Positions 11,480 to 24,600 of a stretch of 64,000 bases of DNA are shown here, piece by piece. Source of the DNA: Eledone cirrhosa (lineage: Eukaryota); NCBI GenBank assembly GCA_964016885.1, contig OZ024757.1:10292001-10356000 (forward strand), given 5' to 3'. The notes under the pieces were generated by a model. It saw only the letters and a program-made list of their open reading frames with translations. It was not told the DNA's origin and searched no databases. The position numbers and the translations under genes are program-made. Every line of letters starts with the position of its first letter. Position 1 is the stretch's first letter.

Positions 11480-14400
11480 AGTTGGGGTTGAGTTAAGTTG
11501 GGGTTGAGTTAAGTTGGGGTTGAGTTAAGTTGTGGTTGATTTAAGTTGGGGTTGAGTTAAGTTGGGGTCGAGTTAAGTTGGGGTTGAGTTAAGTTGGGGT
11601 TAAGTTAAGTTGGGGTTAAGTTAAGTTGGGGTTAAGTTAAGTTTGGTTTAAGTTAAGTTGTGGTTAATTTAAGTTGGGGTTAAGTTAAGTTGGGGTTAAG
11701 TTAAGTTGGTGTTAAGGTAAGTTGGGGTTAAGTTAAGTTGGGGTTAAGTTAAGTTGGGGTTAAGTTAAGTTGGGGTTAACTTAAGTTGGGGTTAACTTAA
11801 GTTGGGGTTAAGTTGGGGTTAACTTAAGTTGGGGTTAAGTTGGGGTTAACTTAAGTTGGGGTTAAGTTAAGTTGGGGTTGAGTTAAGTTGGGGTTGATTT
11901 AACTTGGGGTTGAGTTAAGTTGGAGTCGAGTTAAGTTGGGGTTGAGTTAAGTTGGGGTTAAATTAAGTTGGGGTTAAGTTAAGTTGAAGTTAAGTTAAGT
12001 TGGGGTTAAGTTAAGTTGGGGTTAAGTTAAGTTGGCGTTAAATTAAATTGGGGTTAAGTTAAGTTGGGGTTACGTTAAGTTGGGGTTAAGTTAAGTTGGG
12101 GTTAAGTCAAGTTGGGGTTAAATCAAGTTGGGGTTAACTTAAGTTTGGATTAACTTAAGTTGGGTTAACTTAAGTTGGGGTTAAGTTGGGCTTAACTTAA
12201 GTTGGGGTTAAGTTAAGTTGGGGTTGAGTTAAGTTGGGGTTGAGTTAAGTTGGGGTTGAGTTAAGTTGGGGTTGAGTTAAGTTGGGGTCGAGTTAAGTTG
12301 GGGTTGCGTTAAGTTGGGGTTAAGTTAAGTTGGGGTTAAGTTAAGTTGGGGTTAAGTTAAGTTGGGATAAGGTTAAGTTGGGGTTAAGTTAAGTTGGGGT
12401 TAAGTTAAGTCGGAGTAAAGTTAAGTTGGGGTTAAGTTAAGTTGGGGGTAAGTTAAGTTGTGGTTAAGTTAAGTTGGGGTTAAGTTGGGGTTAAGTTAAG
12501 TTGGGGTTGAGTTAAGTTGGGGTTGAATTAAGTTGGGATTGAGTTAAGTTGGAGTTAAGTTAAGTTGGGGTTAAGTTAAGTTGGGGTTAAGTTAAGTTGG
12601 CGTTAAATTAAGTTGGGGTTAAGTTAAGTTGGGGTTAAGTCAAGTTGGGGTTAAATCAAGTTGGGGTTAACTTAAGTTTGGATTAACTTAAGTTGGGTTA
12701 ACTTAAGTTGGGATTAAGTTGGGGTTAACTTAAGTTGGGGTTAAGTTAAGTTGGGGTTGAGTTAAGTTGGGGTTGAGTTAAGTTGGGGTTGAGTTAAGTT
12801 GGGGTTAAGTTAAGTTGGGGTTAATTTAAGTTGGGGTTAAGTTAAGTTGGGATTAGATTAGGTAGGAGTTAAGTTAAGTTGGGGTTAAGTTAAGTTGTGG
12901 TTAAGTTAAGTTGGGGTTAAGTTAAGTTGGGGTTAAGTTAAGTTGGGGTTAACTTAAGTTGGGGTTAAGTTAAGTTGAGGCTAAGTTAAGTTGGGGCTGA
13001 GTTAACTTGGGGTTAAGTTAAGTTGGGGTTAAGTTAAGTTGGGGTTAAGTTAAGTTGGGGTTAAGTTAATTTGGGGTTAAGTTAAGTTGGGGTTAAGTTA
13101 AGTTGGGGTTAAGTTAAGTTGGAGTTAAGTTAAGTTGGGGTTAAGTCAAGTTGGGGTTGAGTTAATTTGGGGTTAAGTTAAGTTGGGGTTAAGTTAAGTT
13201 GGAGTTAAGTTAAGTTGGGGTTAAGTCAAGTTGGGGTTGAGTTAATTTGGGGTTGAATTAAGTTGGGGTTAGGTTAAGTTGGGGTTAAGTTAAGTTTGGT
13301 TTAAGTTAAGTTGGGGTTAAGTTAAGTTGGGGTTAAGTTACTTTGGGGTTAAGTTAAGTTGGGGTTGAGTTAAGTTGGGGTTGATTTAAGTTGGGGTTGA
13401 ATTAAGTTGGGGTCGAGTTAAGTTGGGGTTGAGTTAAGTTGGGGTTAAGTTAAGTTGGGGTTAAGTTAAGTTGGAGTTAAGTTAAGTTGGGGTTAAGTTA
13501 AGTTGGGGTTAAGTTAAGTCGGAGTAAAGTTAAGTTGGGGTTAAGTTAAGTTGGGGGTAAGTTAAGTTGTGGTTAAGTTAAGTTGGGGTTAAGTTGGGGT
13601 TAAGTTAAGTTGGGGTTGAGTTAAGTTGGGGTTGAATTAAGTTGGGATTGAGTTAAGTTGGAGTTAAGTTAAGTTGGGGTTAAGTTAAGTTGGGGTTAAG
13701 TTAAGTTGGCGTTAAATTAAGTTGGGGTTAAGTTAAGTTGGGGTTACGTTAAGTTGGGGATAAGTAAAGTTGGGGTTAAGTTAAGTTGGGGTTAAATCAA
13801 GTTGGGGTTAACTTAAGTTTGGATTAACTTAAGTTGGGTTAACTTAAGTTGGGATTAAGTTGGGGTTAACTTAAGTTGGGGTTAAGTTAAGTTGGCGTTG
13901 AGTTAAGTTGGGGTTGAGTTAAGTTGGGGTTGAGTTAAGTTGGGGTTGAGTTAAGTTGGGGTCGAGTTAAGTTGGGGTTGAGTTAAGTTGGGGTTAAGTT
14001 AAGTTGGGGTTAAGTTAAGTTGGGGTTAAGTTAAGTTGGGATTAGATTAAGTAGGAGTTAAGTTAAGTTGGGGTTAAGTTAAGTTGTGGTTAAGTTAAGT
14101 TGGGGTTAAGTTAAGTTGGGGTTAAGTTAAGTTGGGGTTAACTTAAGTTGGAGTTAAGTTAAGTTCGGGTTAAGTTAAATTTGGTTTAAGTTAAGTTGGG
14201 GTTAAGTTAAGTTGGGGTTAAGTTAAGTTGGGATTAGATTAAGTTGGGGTTAAGTTAAGTTGGGGTTGACTTAAGTTGGGGTTAAGTTAAGTTGGCGTTA
14301 AGTTAAGTTGGGGTTAAGTTAAGTTGGGGTAGAAGTTAAGTTGGGGTTAATTTAAGTTGGGGTTAAGTTAAGTTGGGGTTAATTTAAGTTGGGGTTAAGT

Positions 14401-17400
14401 TAAGTTGGGGTTAAGTTAAGTTGGAGTTAAGTTAAGTTGGGGTTAAGTCAAGTTGGGGTTGAGTTAATTTGGGGTTAAGTTAAGTTGGGGTTAAGTTAAG
14501 TTGGAGTTAAGTTAAGTTGGGGTTAAGTCAAGTTGGGGTTGAGTTAATTTGGGGTTGAATTAAGTTGGGGTTAGGTTAAGTTGGGGTTAAGTTAAGTTTG
14601 GTTTAAGTTAAGTTGGGGTTAAGTTAAGTTGGGGTTAAGTTAAGTTGGGGTTAAGTTAAGTTGGGGTTGATTTAAGTTGGGGTTGATTTAAGTTGGGGTT
14701 GAATTAAGTTGGGGTCGAGTTAAGTTGGGGTTGAGTTAAGTTGGGGTTAAGTTAAGTTGGGGTTAAGTTAAGTTGGAGTTAAGTTAAGTTGGGGTTAAGT
14801 TAAGTTGGGGTTAAGTTAAGTCGGAGTAAAGTTAAGTTGGGGTTAAGTTAAGTTGGGGGTAAGTTAAGTTGTGGTTAAGTTAAGTTGGGGTTAATTTGGG
14901 GTTAAGTTAAGTTGGGGTTGAGTTAAGTTGGGGTTGAGTTAAGTTGGGGTTGATTTAAGTTGGGGTTGAGTTAAGTTGGGGTCGAGTTAAGTTGGGGTTG
15001 AGTTAAGTTGGGGTTAAGTTAAGTTGGGGTTAAGTTAAGTTGGGGTTAAGTTAAGTTTGGTTTAAGTTAAGTTGTGGTTAATTTAAGTTGGGGTTAAGTT
15101 AAGTTGGGGTTAAGTTAAGTTGGTGTTAAGGTAAGTTGGGGTTAAGTTAAGTTGGGGTTAAGTTAAGTTGGGGTTAAGTTAAGTTGGGGTTAACTTAAGT
15201 TGGGGTTAACTTAAGTTGGGGTTAAGTTGGGGTTAACTTAAGTTGGGGTTAAGTTGGGGTTAACTTAAGTTGGGGTTAAGTTAAGTTGGGGTTGAGTTAA
15301 GTTGGGGTTGATTTAACTTGGGGTTGAGTTAAGTTGGAGTCGAGTTAAGTTGGGGTTGAGTTAAGTTGGGGTTAAATTAAGTTGGGGTTAAGTTAAGTTG
15401 AAGTTAAGTTAAGTTGGGGTTAAGTTAAGTTGGGGTTAAGTTAAGTTGGCGTTAAATTAAATTGGGGTTAAGTTAAGTTGGGGTTACGTTAAGTTGGGGT
15501 TAAGTTAAGTTGGGGTTAAGTCAAGTTGGGGTTAAATCAAGTTGGGGTTAACTTAAGTTTGGATTAACTTAAGTTGGGTTAACTTAAGTTGGGGTTAAGT
15601 TGGGCTTAACTTAAGTTGGGGTTAAGTTAAGTTGGGGTTGAGTTAAGTTGGGGTTGAGTTAAGTTGGGGTTGAGTTAAGTTGGGGTTGAGTTAAGTTGGG
15701 GTCGAGTTAAGTTGGGGTTGCGTTAAGTTGGGGTTAAGTTAAGTTGGGGTTAAGTTAAGTTGGGGTTAAGTTAAGTTGGGATAAGGTTAAGTTGGGGTTA
15801 AGTTAAGTTGGGGTTAAGTTAAGTCGGAGTAAAGTTAAGTTGGGGTTAAGTTAAGTTGGGGGTAAGTTAAGTTGTGGTTAAGTTAAGTTGGGGTTAAGTT
15901 GGGGTTAAGTTAAGTTGGGGTTGAGTTAAGTTGGGGTTGAATTAAGTTGGGATTGAGTTAAGTTGGAGTTAAGTTAAGTTGGGGTTAAGTTAAGTTGGGG
16001 TTAAGTTAAGTTGGCGTTAAATTAAGTTGGGGTTAAGTTAAGTTGGGGTTACGTTAAGTTGGGGTTAAGTTAAGTTGGGGTTAAGTCAAGTTGGGGTTAA
16101 ATCAAGTTGGGGTTAACTTAAGTTTGGATTAACTTAAGTTGGGTTAACTTAAGTTGGGATTAAGTTGGGGTTAACTTAAGTTGGGGTTAAGTTAAGTTGG
16201 GGTTGAGTTAAGTTGGGGTTGAGTTAAGTTGGGGTTGAGTTAAGTTGGGGTTAAGTTAAGTTGGGGTTAATTTAAGTTGGGGTTAAGTTAAGTTGGGATT
16301 AGATTAGGTAGGAGTTAAGTTAAGTTGGGGTTAAGTTAAGTTGTGGTTAAGTTAAGTTGGGGTTAAGTTAAGTTGGGGTTAAGTTAAGTTGGGGTTAACT
16401 TAAGTTGGGGTTAAGTTAAGTTGAGGCTAAGTTAAGTTGGGGCTGAGTTAACTTGGGGTTAAGTTAAGTTGGGGTTAAGTTAAGTTGGGGTTAAGTTAAG
16501 TTGGGGTTAAGTTAAGTTGGGGTTAAGTTAAGTTGGGGTTAAGTTAAGTTGGGGTTAAATTAAGTTGGAGTTAAGTTAAGTTGGGGTTAAGTCAAGTTGG
16601 GGTTGAGTTAATTTGGGGTTAAGTTAAGTTGGGGTTAAGTTAAGTTGGAGTTAAGTTAAGTTGGGGTTAAGTCAAGTTGGGGTTGAGTTAATTTGGGGTT
16701 GAATTAAGTTGGGGTTAGGTTAAGTTGGGGTTAAGTTAAGTTTGGTTTAAGTTAAGTTGGGGTTAAGTTAAGTTGGGGTTAAGTTACTTTGGGGTTAAGT
16801 TAAGTTGGGGTTGAGTTAAGTTGGGGTTGATTTAAGTTGGGGTTGAATTAAGTTGGGGTCGAGTTAAGTTGGGGTTGAGTTAAGTTGGGGTTAAGTTAAG
16901 TTGGGGTTAAGTTAAGTTGGAGTTAAGTTAAGTTGGGGTTAAGTTAAGTTGGGGTTAAGTTAAGTCGGAGTAAAGTTAAGTTGGGGTTAAGTTAAGTTGG
17001 GGGTAAGTTAAGTTGTGGTTAAGTTAAGTTGGGGTTAAGTTGGGGTTAAGTTAAGTTGGGGTTGAGTTAAGTTGGGGTTGAATTAAGTTGGGATTGAGTT
17101 AAGTTGGAGTTAAGTTAAGTTGGGGTTAAGTTAAGTTGGGGTTAAGTTAAGTTGGCGTTAAATTAAGTTGGGGTTAAGTTAAGTTGGGGTTACGTTAAGT
17201 TGGGGATAAGTTAAGTTGGGGTTAAGTTAAGTTGGGGTTAAATCAAGTTGGGGTTAACTTAAGTTTGGATTAACTTAAGTTGGGTTAACTTAAGTTGGGA
17301 TTAAGTTGGGGTTAACTTAAGTTGGGGTTAAGTTAAGTTGGCGTTGAGTTAAGTTGGGGTTGAGTTAAGTTGGGGTTGAGTTAAGTTGGGGTTGAGTTAA

Positions 17401-20400
17401 GTTGGGGTCGAGTTAAGTTGGGGTTGAGTTAAGTTGGGGTTAAGTTAAGTTGGGGTTAAGTTAAGTTGGGGTTAAGTTAAGTTGGGATTAGATTAAGTAG
17501 GAGTTAAGTTAAGTTGGGGTTAAGTTAAGTTGTGGTTAAGTTAAGTTGGGGTTAAGTTAAGTTGGGGTTAAGTTAAGTTGGGGTTAACTTAAGTTGGAGT
17601 TAAGTTAAGTTGGGGTTAAGTTAAATTTGGTTTAAGTTAAGTTGGGGTTAAGTTAAGTTGGGGTTAAGTTAAGTTGGGATTAGATTAAGTTGGGGTTAAG
17701 TTAAGTTGGGGTTGAGTTAAGTTGGGGTTAAGTTAAGTTGGCGTTAAGTTAAGTTGGGGTTAAGTTAAGTTGGGGTTAAGTTAAGTTGGGGTTAATTTAA
17801 GTTGGGGTTAAGTTAAGTTGGGGTTAATTTAAGTTGGGGTTAAGTTAAGTTGGGGTTAAGTTAAGTTGGAGTTAAGTTAAGTTGGGGTTAAGTCAAGTTG
17901 GGGTTGAGTTAATTTGGGGTTAAGTTAAGTTGGGGTTAAGTTAAGTTGGAGTTAAGTTAAGTTGGGGTTAAGTCAAGTTGGGGTTGAGTTAATTTGGGGT
18001 TGAATTAAGTTGGGGTTAGGTTAAGTTGGGGTTAAGTTAAGTTTGGTTTAAGTTAAGTTGGGGTTAAGTTAAGTTGGGGTTAAGTTAAGTTGGGGTTAAG
18101 TTAAGTTGGGGTTGATTTAAGTTGGGGTTGATTTAAGTTGGGGTTGAATTAAGTTGGGGTCGAGTTAAGTTGGGGTTGAGTTAAGTTGGGGTTAAGTTAA
18201 GTTGGGGTTAAGTTAAGTTGGAGTTAAGTTAAGTTGGGGTTAAGTTAAGTTGGGGTTAAGTTAAGTCGGAGTAAAGTTAAGTTGGGGTTAAGTTAAGTTG
18301 GGGGTAAGTTAAGTTGTGGTTAAGTTAAGTTGGGGTTAATTTGGGGTTAAGTTAAGTTGGGGTTGAGTTAAGTTGGGGTTGAGTTAAGTTGGGGTTGATT
18401 TAAGTTGGGGTTGAGTTAAGTTGGGGTCGAGTTAAGTTGGGGTTGAGTTAAGTTGGGGTTAACTTAAGTTGGGGTTAACTTAAGTTGGGGTTAAGTTGGG
18501 GTTAACTTAAGTTGGGGTTAAGTTGGGGTTAACTTAAGTTGGGGTTAAGTTAAGTTGGGGTTGAGTTAAGTTGGGGTTGATTTAACTTGGGGTTGAGTTA
18601 AGTTGGAGTCGAGTTAAGTTGGGGTTGAGTTAAGTTGGGGTTAAATTAAGTTGGGGTTAAGTTAAGTTGAAGTTAAGTTAAGTTGGGGTTAAGTTAAGTT
18701 GGGGTTAAGTTAAGTTGGCGTTAAATTAAATTGGGGTTAAGTTAAGCTGGGGTTACGTTAAGTTGGGGTTAAGTTAAGTTGGGGTTAAGTCAAGTTGGGG
18801 TTAAATCAAGTTGGGGTTAACTTAAGTTTGGATTAACTTAAGTTGGGTTAACTTAAGTTGGGGTTAAGTTGGGCTTAACTTAAGTTGGGGTTAAGTTAAG
18901 TTGGGGTTGAGTTAAGTTGGGGTTGAGTTAAGTTGGGGTTGAGTTAAGTTGGGGTTGAGTTAAGTTGGGGTCGAGTTAAGTTGGGGTTGCGTTAAGTTGG
19001 GGTTAAGTTAAGTTGGGGTTAAGTTAAGTTGGGGTTAAGTTAAGTTGGGATAAGGTTAAGTTGGGGTTAAGTTAAGTTGGGGTTAAGTTAAGTCGGAGTA
19101 AAGTTAAGTTGGGGTTAAGTTAAGTTGGGGGTAAGTTAAGTTGTGGTTAAGTTAAGTTGGGGTTAAGTTGGGGTTAAGTTAAGTTGGGGTTGAGTTAAGT
19201 TGGGGTTGAATTAAGTTGGGATTGAGTTAAGTTGGAGTTAAGTTAAGTTGGGGTTAAGTTAAGTTGGGGTTAAGTTAAGTTGGCGTTAAATTAAGTTGGG
19301 GTTAAGTTAAGTTGGGGTTACGTTAAGTTGGGGTTAAGTTAAGTTGGGGTTAAGTCAAGTTGGGGTTAAATCAAGTTGGGGTTAACTTAAGTTTGGATTA
19401 ACTTAAGTTGGGTTAACTTAAGTTGGGATTAAGTTGGGGTTAACTTAAGTTGGGGTTAAGTTAAGTTGGGGTTGAGTTAAGTTGGGGTTGAGTTAAGTTG
19501 GGGTTGAGTTAAGTTGGGGTTAAGTTAAGTTGGGGTTAATTTAAGTTGGGGTTAAGTTAAGTTGGGATTAGATTAGGTAGGAGTTAAGTTAAGTTGGGGT
19601 TAAGTTAAGTTGTGGTTAAGTTAAGTTGGGGTTAAGTTAAGTTGGGGTTAAGTTAAGTTGGGGTTAACTTAAGTTGGGGTTAAGTTAAGTTGAGGCTAAG
19701 TTAAGTTGGGGCTGAGTTAACTTGGGGTTAAGTTAAGTTGGGGTTAAGTTAAGTTGGGGTTAAGTTAAGTTGGGGTTAAGTTAAGTTGGGGTTAAGTTAA
19801 GTTGGGGTTAAGTTAAGTTGGGGTTAAGTTAAGTTGGAGTTAAGTTAAGTTGGGGTTAAGTCAAGTTGGGGTTGAGTTAATTTGGGGTTAAGTTAAGTTG
19901 GGGTTAAGTTAAGTTGGAGTTAAGTTAAGTTGGGGTTAAGTCAAGTTGGGGTTGAGTTAATTTGGGGTTGAATTAAGTTGGGGTTAGGTTAAGTTGGGGT
20001 TAAGTTAAGTTTGGTTTAAGTTAAGTTGGGGTTAAGTTAAGTTGGGGTTAAGTTACTTTGGGGTTAAGTTAAGTTGGGGTTGAGTTAAGTTGGGGTTGAT
20101 TTAAGTTGGGGTTGAATTAAGTTGGGGTCGAGTTAAGTTGGGGTTGAGTTAAGTTGGGGTTAAGTTAAGTTGGGGTTAAGTTAAGTTGGAGTTAAGTTAA
20201 GTTGGGGTTAAGTTAAGTTGGGGTTAAGTTAAGTCGGAGTAAAGTTAAGTTGGGGTTAAGTTAAGTTGGGGGTAAGTTAAGTTGTGGTTAAGTTAAGTTG
20301 GGGTTAAGTTGGGGTTAAGTTAAGTTGGGGTTGAGTTAAGTTGGGGTTGAATTAAGTTGGGATTGAGTTAAGTTGGAGTTAAGTTAAGTTGGGGTTAAGT

Positions 20401-21645
20401 TAAGTTGGGGTTAAGTTAAGTTGGCGTTAAATTAAGTTGGGGTTAAGTTAAGTTGGGGTTACGTTAAGTTGGGGATAAGTTAAGTTGGGGTTAAGTTAAG
20501 TTGGGGTTAAATCAAGTTGGGGTTAACTTAAGTTTGGATTAACTTAAGTTGGGTTAACTTAAGTTGGGATTAAGTTGGGGTTAACTTAAGTTGGGGTTAA
20601 GTTAAGTTGGCGTTGAGTTAAGTTGGGGTTGAGTTAAGTTGGGGTTGAGTTAAGTTGGGGTTGAGTTAAGTTGGGGTCGAGTTAAGTTGGGGTTGAGTTA
20701 AGTTGGGGTTAAGTTAAGTTGGGGTTAAGTTAAGTTGGGGTTAAGTTAAGTTGGGATTAGATTAAGTAGGAGTTAAGTTAAGTTGGGGTTAAGTTAAGTT
20801 GTGGTTAAGTTAAGTTGGGGTTAAGTTAAGTTGGGGTTAAGTTAAGTTGGGGTTAACTTAAGTTGGAGTTAAGTTAAGTTGGGGTTAAGTTAAATTTGGT
20901 TTAAGTTAAGTTGGGGTTAAGTTAAGTTGGGGTTAAGTTAAGTTGGGATTAGATTAAGTTGGGGTTAAGTTAAGTTGGGGTTGAGTTAAGTTGGGGTTAA
21001 GTTAAGTTGGCGTTAAGTTAAGTTGGGGTTAAGTTAAGTTGGGGTTAAGTTAAGTTGGGGTTAATTTAAGTTGGGGTTAAGTTAAGTTGGGGTTAATTTA
21101 AGTTGGGGTTAAGTTAAGTTGGGGTTAAGTTAAGTTGGAGTTAAGTTAAGTTGGGGTTAAGTCAAGTTGGGGTTGAGTTAATTTGGGGTTAAGTTAAGTT
21201 GGGGTTAAGTTAAGTTGGAGTTAAGTTAAGTTGGGGTTAAGTCAAGTTGGGGTTGAGTTAATTTGGGGTTGAATTAAGTTGGGGTTAGGTTAAGTTGGGG
21301 TTAAGTTAAGTTTGGTTTAAGTTAAGTTGGGGTTAAGTTAAGTTGGGGTTAAGTTAAGTTGGGGTTAAGTTAAGTTGGGGTTGATTTAAGTTGGGGTTGA
21401 TTTAAGTTGGGGTTGAATTAAGTTGGGGTCGAGTTAAGTTGGGGTTGAGTTAAGTTGGGGTTAAGTTAAGTTGGGGTTAAGTTAAGTTGGAGTTAAGTTA
21501 AGTTGGGGTTAAGTTAAGTTGGGGTTAAGTTAAGTCGGAGTAAAGTTAAGTTGGGGTTAAGTTAAGTTGGGGGTAAGTTAAGTTGTGGTTAAGTTAAGTT
21601 GGGGTTAATTTGGGGTTAAGTTAAGTTGGGGTTGAGTTAAGTTGG
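11480..21645 (+). repeat. Three tandem copies of a 3.27-3.45-kb higher-order unit
   Basis: Private variants: TTACTTTGGGG (C at 13341, 16787, 20056), GATTAGGTAGG (GG at 12861, 16307, 19576), TTGCG (12306, 15720, 18989) and the 11-mer TTAATTTGGGG (14891, 18336, 21605). Offsets are 3414-3446 and 3269. Confidence 0.9.
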
Positions 21646-24600
21646 GGTTGAATTAAGTTGGGATTGAGTTAAGTTGGAGTTAAGTTAAGTTGGGATTAAG
21701 TTAAGTTGGCGTTAAATTAAGTTGGGGTTACGTTAAGTTGGGGTTGAGTTAAGTTGGGGTCGAGTTAAGTTGGGGCTGAGTTAACTTGGGGTTAAGTTAA
21801 GTTGGGGTTAAGTTAAGTTGGGGTTAAGTTAAGTTGGGATTAGATTAAGTAGGAGTTAAGTTAAGTTGGGGTTAAGTTAAGTTGTGGTTAAGTTAAGTTG
21901 GGGTTAATTTAAGTTGGGGTTAAGTTAAGTTGGGGTTAACTTAAGTTGGAGTTACGTTAAGTTGGGGTTAAGTTAAGTTGAGGCTAAGTTAAGTTGGGGC
22001 TGAGTTAACTTGGGGTTAAGTTAAGTTGGGGTTAAGTTAAGTTGGGGTTAAGGTAAGTTGGGGTTAAGTTAAGTTGGGGTTAAGTTAAGTTGGGGTTAAG
22101 TTAAGTTGGGGTTAACTTAAGTTGGGGTTAAGTTGGGGTTAACTTAAGTTGGGGTTAATTTAAGTTGGGGTTGAGTTAAGTTGGGGTTGATTTCAGTTTG
22201 GGTTGAGTTAAGTTGGGGTCGAGTTAAGTTGGGGTTGTGTTAAGTTGGGGTTAAGTTAAGTTGGGGTTAAGTTAAGTTGGGGTTGAGTTAAGTTGGGATC
22301 GAGGTAAGTTGGGGTTGAGTTAAGTTGGGGTTAAGTTAAGTTTGGTTTAAGTTAAGTTGGGGTTAAGTTAAGGTGGGATTAGGTTAAGTTGGGGTTAAGT
22401 TAAGTTGGGGTTAAGTTAAGTTGGGGTTAAGGTAAGTTGGGGTTAAGTTAAGTTGGGGTTAAGTTAAGTTGGGGTTAAGTTAAGTTGGGGTTAACTTAAG
22501 TTGGGGTTAAGTTGGGGTTAACTTAAGTTGGGGTTAAGTTGGGGTTAACTTAAGTTGGGGTTAAGTTAAGTTGGGGTTGAGTTAAGTTGGGGTTGATTTA
22601 AGTTGGGGTTGAGGTAAGTTGGAGTCGAGTTAAGTTGGGGTTGAGTTAAGTTGGGGTTAAGTTAAGTTGGGGTTAAGTTAAGTTGGGGTTAATTTAAGTC
22701 GGAGTTAAGTTAAGTTGGGGTTAAGTTAAGTTGGGGGTAAGTTAAGTTGTGGTTAAGTTAAGTTGGGGTTAAGTTGGGGTTAAGTTAAGTTGGGGTTAAG
22801 TTAAGTGGGGTTGAATTAATTTGGAGTTAAGTTAAGTTGGGGTTAATTTAAGTTGGGGTTAAGTTAAGTCGGGGTAAAGTTAAGTTGGGGTTAAGTTAAG
22901 TTGGGGGTAAGTTAATTTGGGGTTAAGTTAAGTTGGGGTTTAGTTAATTTGGGGTTAAGTCAAGTTGGGGTTAAGTCAAGTTGGGGTTAAGTTAAGTTGG
23001 GGTTAAGTTAAGTCGGGGTTAAGTTAAGTTGGGGTTAAGTTAAGTCGGGGTTAAGTTAAGTTGGGGTTAAGTTAAGTTGGGGTAAGTTAAGTTGGGGTTA
23101 AGTTAAGTTGGGGTTTACTTAAGTTGGGGTTAAGTCAAGTTGGGGTTAAGTCAAGTTGGGGTTAAGTCAAGTTGGGGTTAAGTTAAGTTGGGGTTAAGTT
23201 AAGTTGGGGTTAAATTAAGTTGGGGTTAAGTTAAGTTGGGGTTAAGTTAAGTTGGCGTTAAGTTAAGTTGGGGTTAAGTTAACTTGGGGTTAAGTTAAGT
23301 TGGGGTTAAGTTAAGTTGGGGTTAAGTCAAGTTGGGGTTAAATCAAGTTGGGGTTAACTTAAGTTTGGATTAACTTAAGTTGGGTTAACTTAAGTTGGGG
23401 TTAAGTTGGGGTTAACTTAAGTTGGGGTTAAGTTAAGTTGGGGTTAAGTTAAGTTGGGGTTGAGTTAAGTTGGGGTTGAGTTAAGTTGGGGTTGAGTTAA
23501 GTTGGGGTTGATTTAAGTTGGGGTTGAGTTAAGTTGGGGTCGAGTTAAGTTGGGGTTAAGTTAAGTTGGGGTTAAGTTAAGTTGGGGTTAAGTTAAGTTT
23601 GGTTTAAGTTAAGTTGGGGTTAAGTTAAGTTGGGGTTAAGTTAAGTTGGGATTAGGTTAAGTTGGGGTTAAGTTAAGTTGGGGTTAAGTTAAGTTGTGGT
23701 TAATTTAAGTTGGGGTTAAGTTAAGTTGGGGTTAAGTTAAGTTGGTGTTAAGGTAAGTTGGGGTTAAGTTAAGTTGGGGTTAAGTTAAGTTGGGGTTAAG
23801 TTAAGTTGGGGTTAACTTAAGTTGGGGTTAACTTAAGTTGGGGTTAAGTTGGGGTTAACTTAAGTTGGGGTTAAGTTGGGGTTAACTTAAGTTGGGGTTA
23901 AGTTAAGTTGGGGTTGAGTTAAGTTGGGGTTGATTTAACTTGGGGTTGAGTTAAGTTGGAGTCGAGTTAAGTTGGGGTTGAGTTAAGTTGGGGTTAAATT
24001 AAGTTGGGGTTAAGTTAAGTTGAAGTTAAGTTAAGTTGGGGTTAAGTTAAGTTGGGGTTAAGTTAAGTTGGCGTTAAATTAAATTGGGGTTAAATTAAGT
24101 TGGGGTTACGTTAAGTTGGGGTTAAGTTAAGTTGGGGTTAAGTCAAGTTGGGGTTAAATCAAGTTGGGGTTAACTTAAGTTTGGATTAACTTAAGTTGGG
24201 TTAACTTAAGTTGGGGTTAAGTTGGGCTTAACTTAAGTTGGGGTTAAGTTAAGTTGGGGTTGAGTTAAGTTGGGGTTGAGTTAAGTTGGGGTTGAGTTAA
24301 GTTGGGGTCGAGTTAAGTTGGGGTTGAGTTAAGTTGGGGTTAAGTTAAGTTGGGGTTAAGTTGGGGTTAAGTTAAGTTGGGATTAGGTTAAGTTGGGGTT
24401 AAGTTAAGTTGGGGTTAAGTTAAGTCGGAGTAAAGTTAAGTTGGGGTTAAGTTAAGTTGGGGGTAAGTTAAGTTGTGGTTAAGTTAAGTTGGGGTTAAGT
24501 TGGGGTTAAGTTAAGTTGGGGTTGAGTTACGTTGGGGTTGAATTAAGTTGGGATTGAGTTAAGTTGGAGTTAAGTTAAGTTGGGGTTAAGTTAAGTTGGG

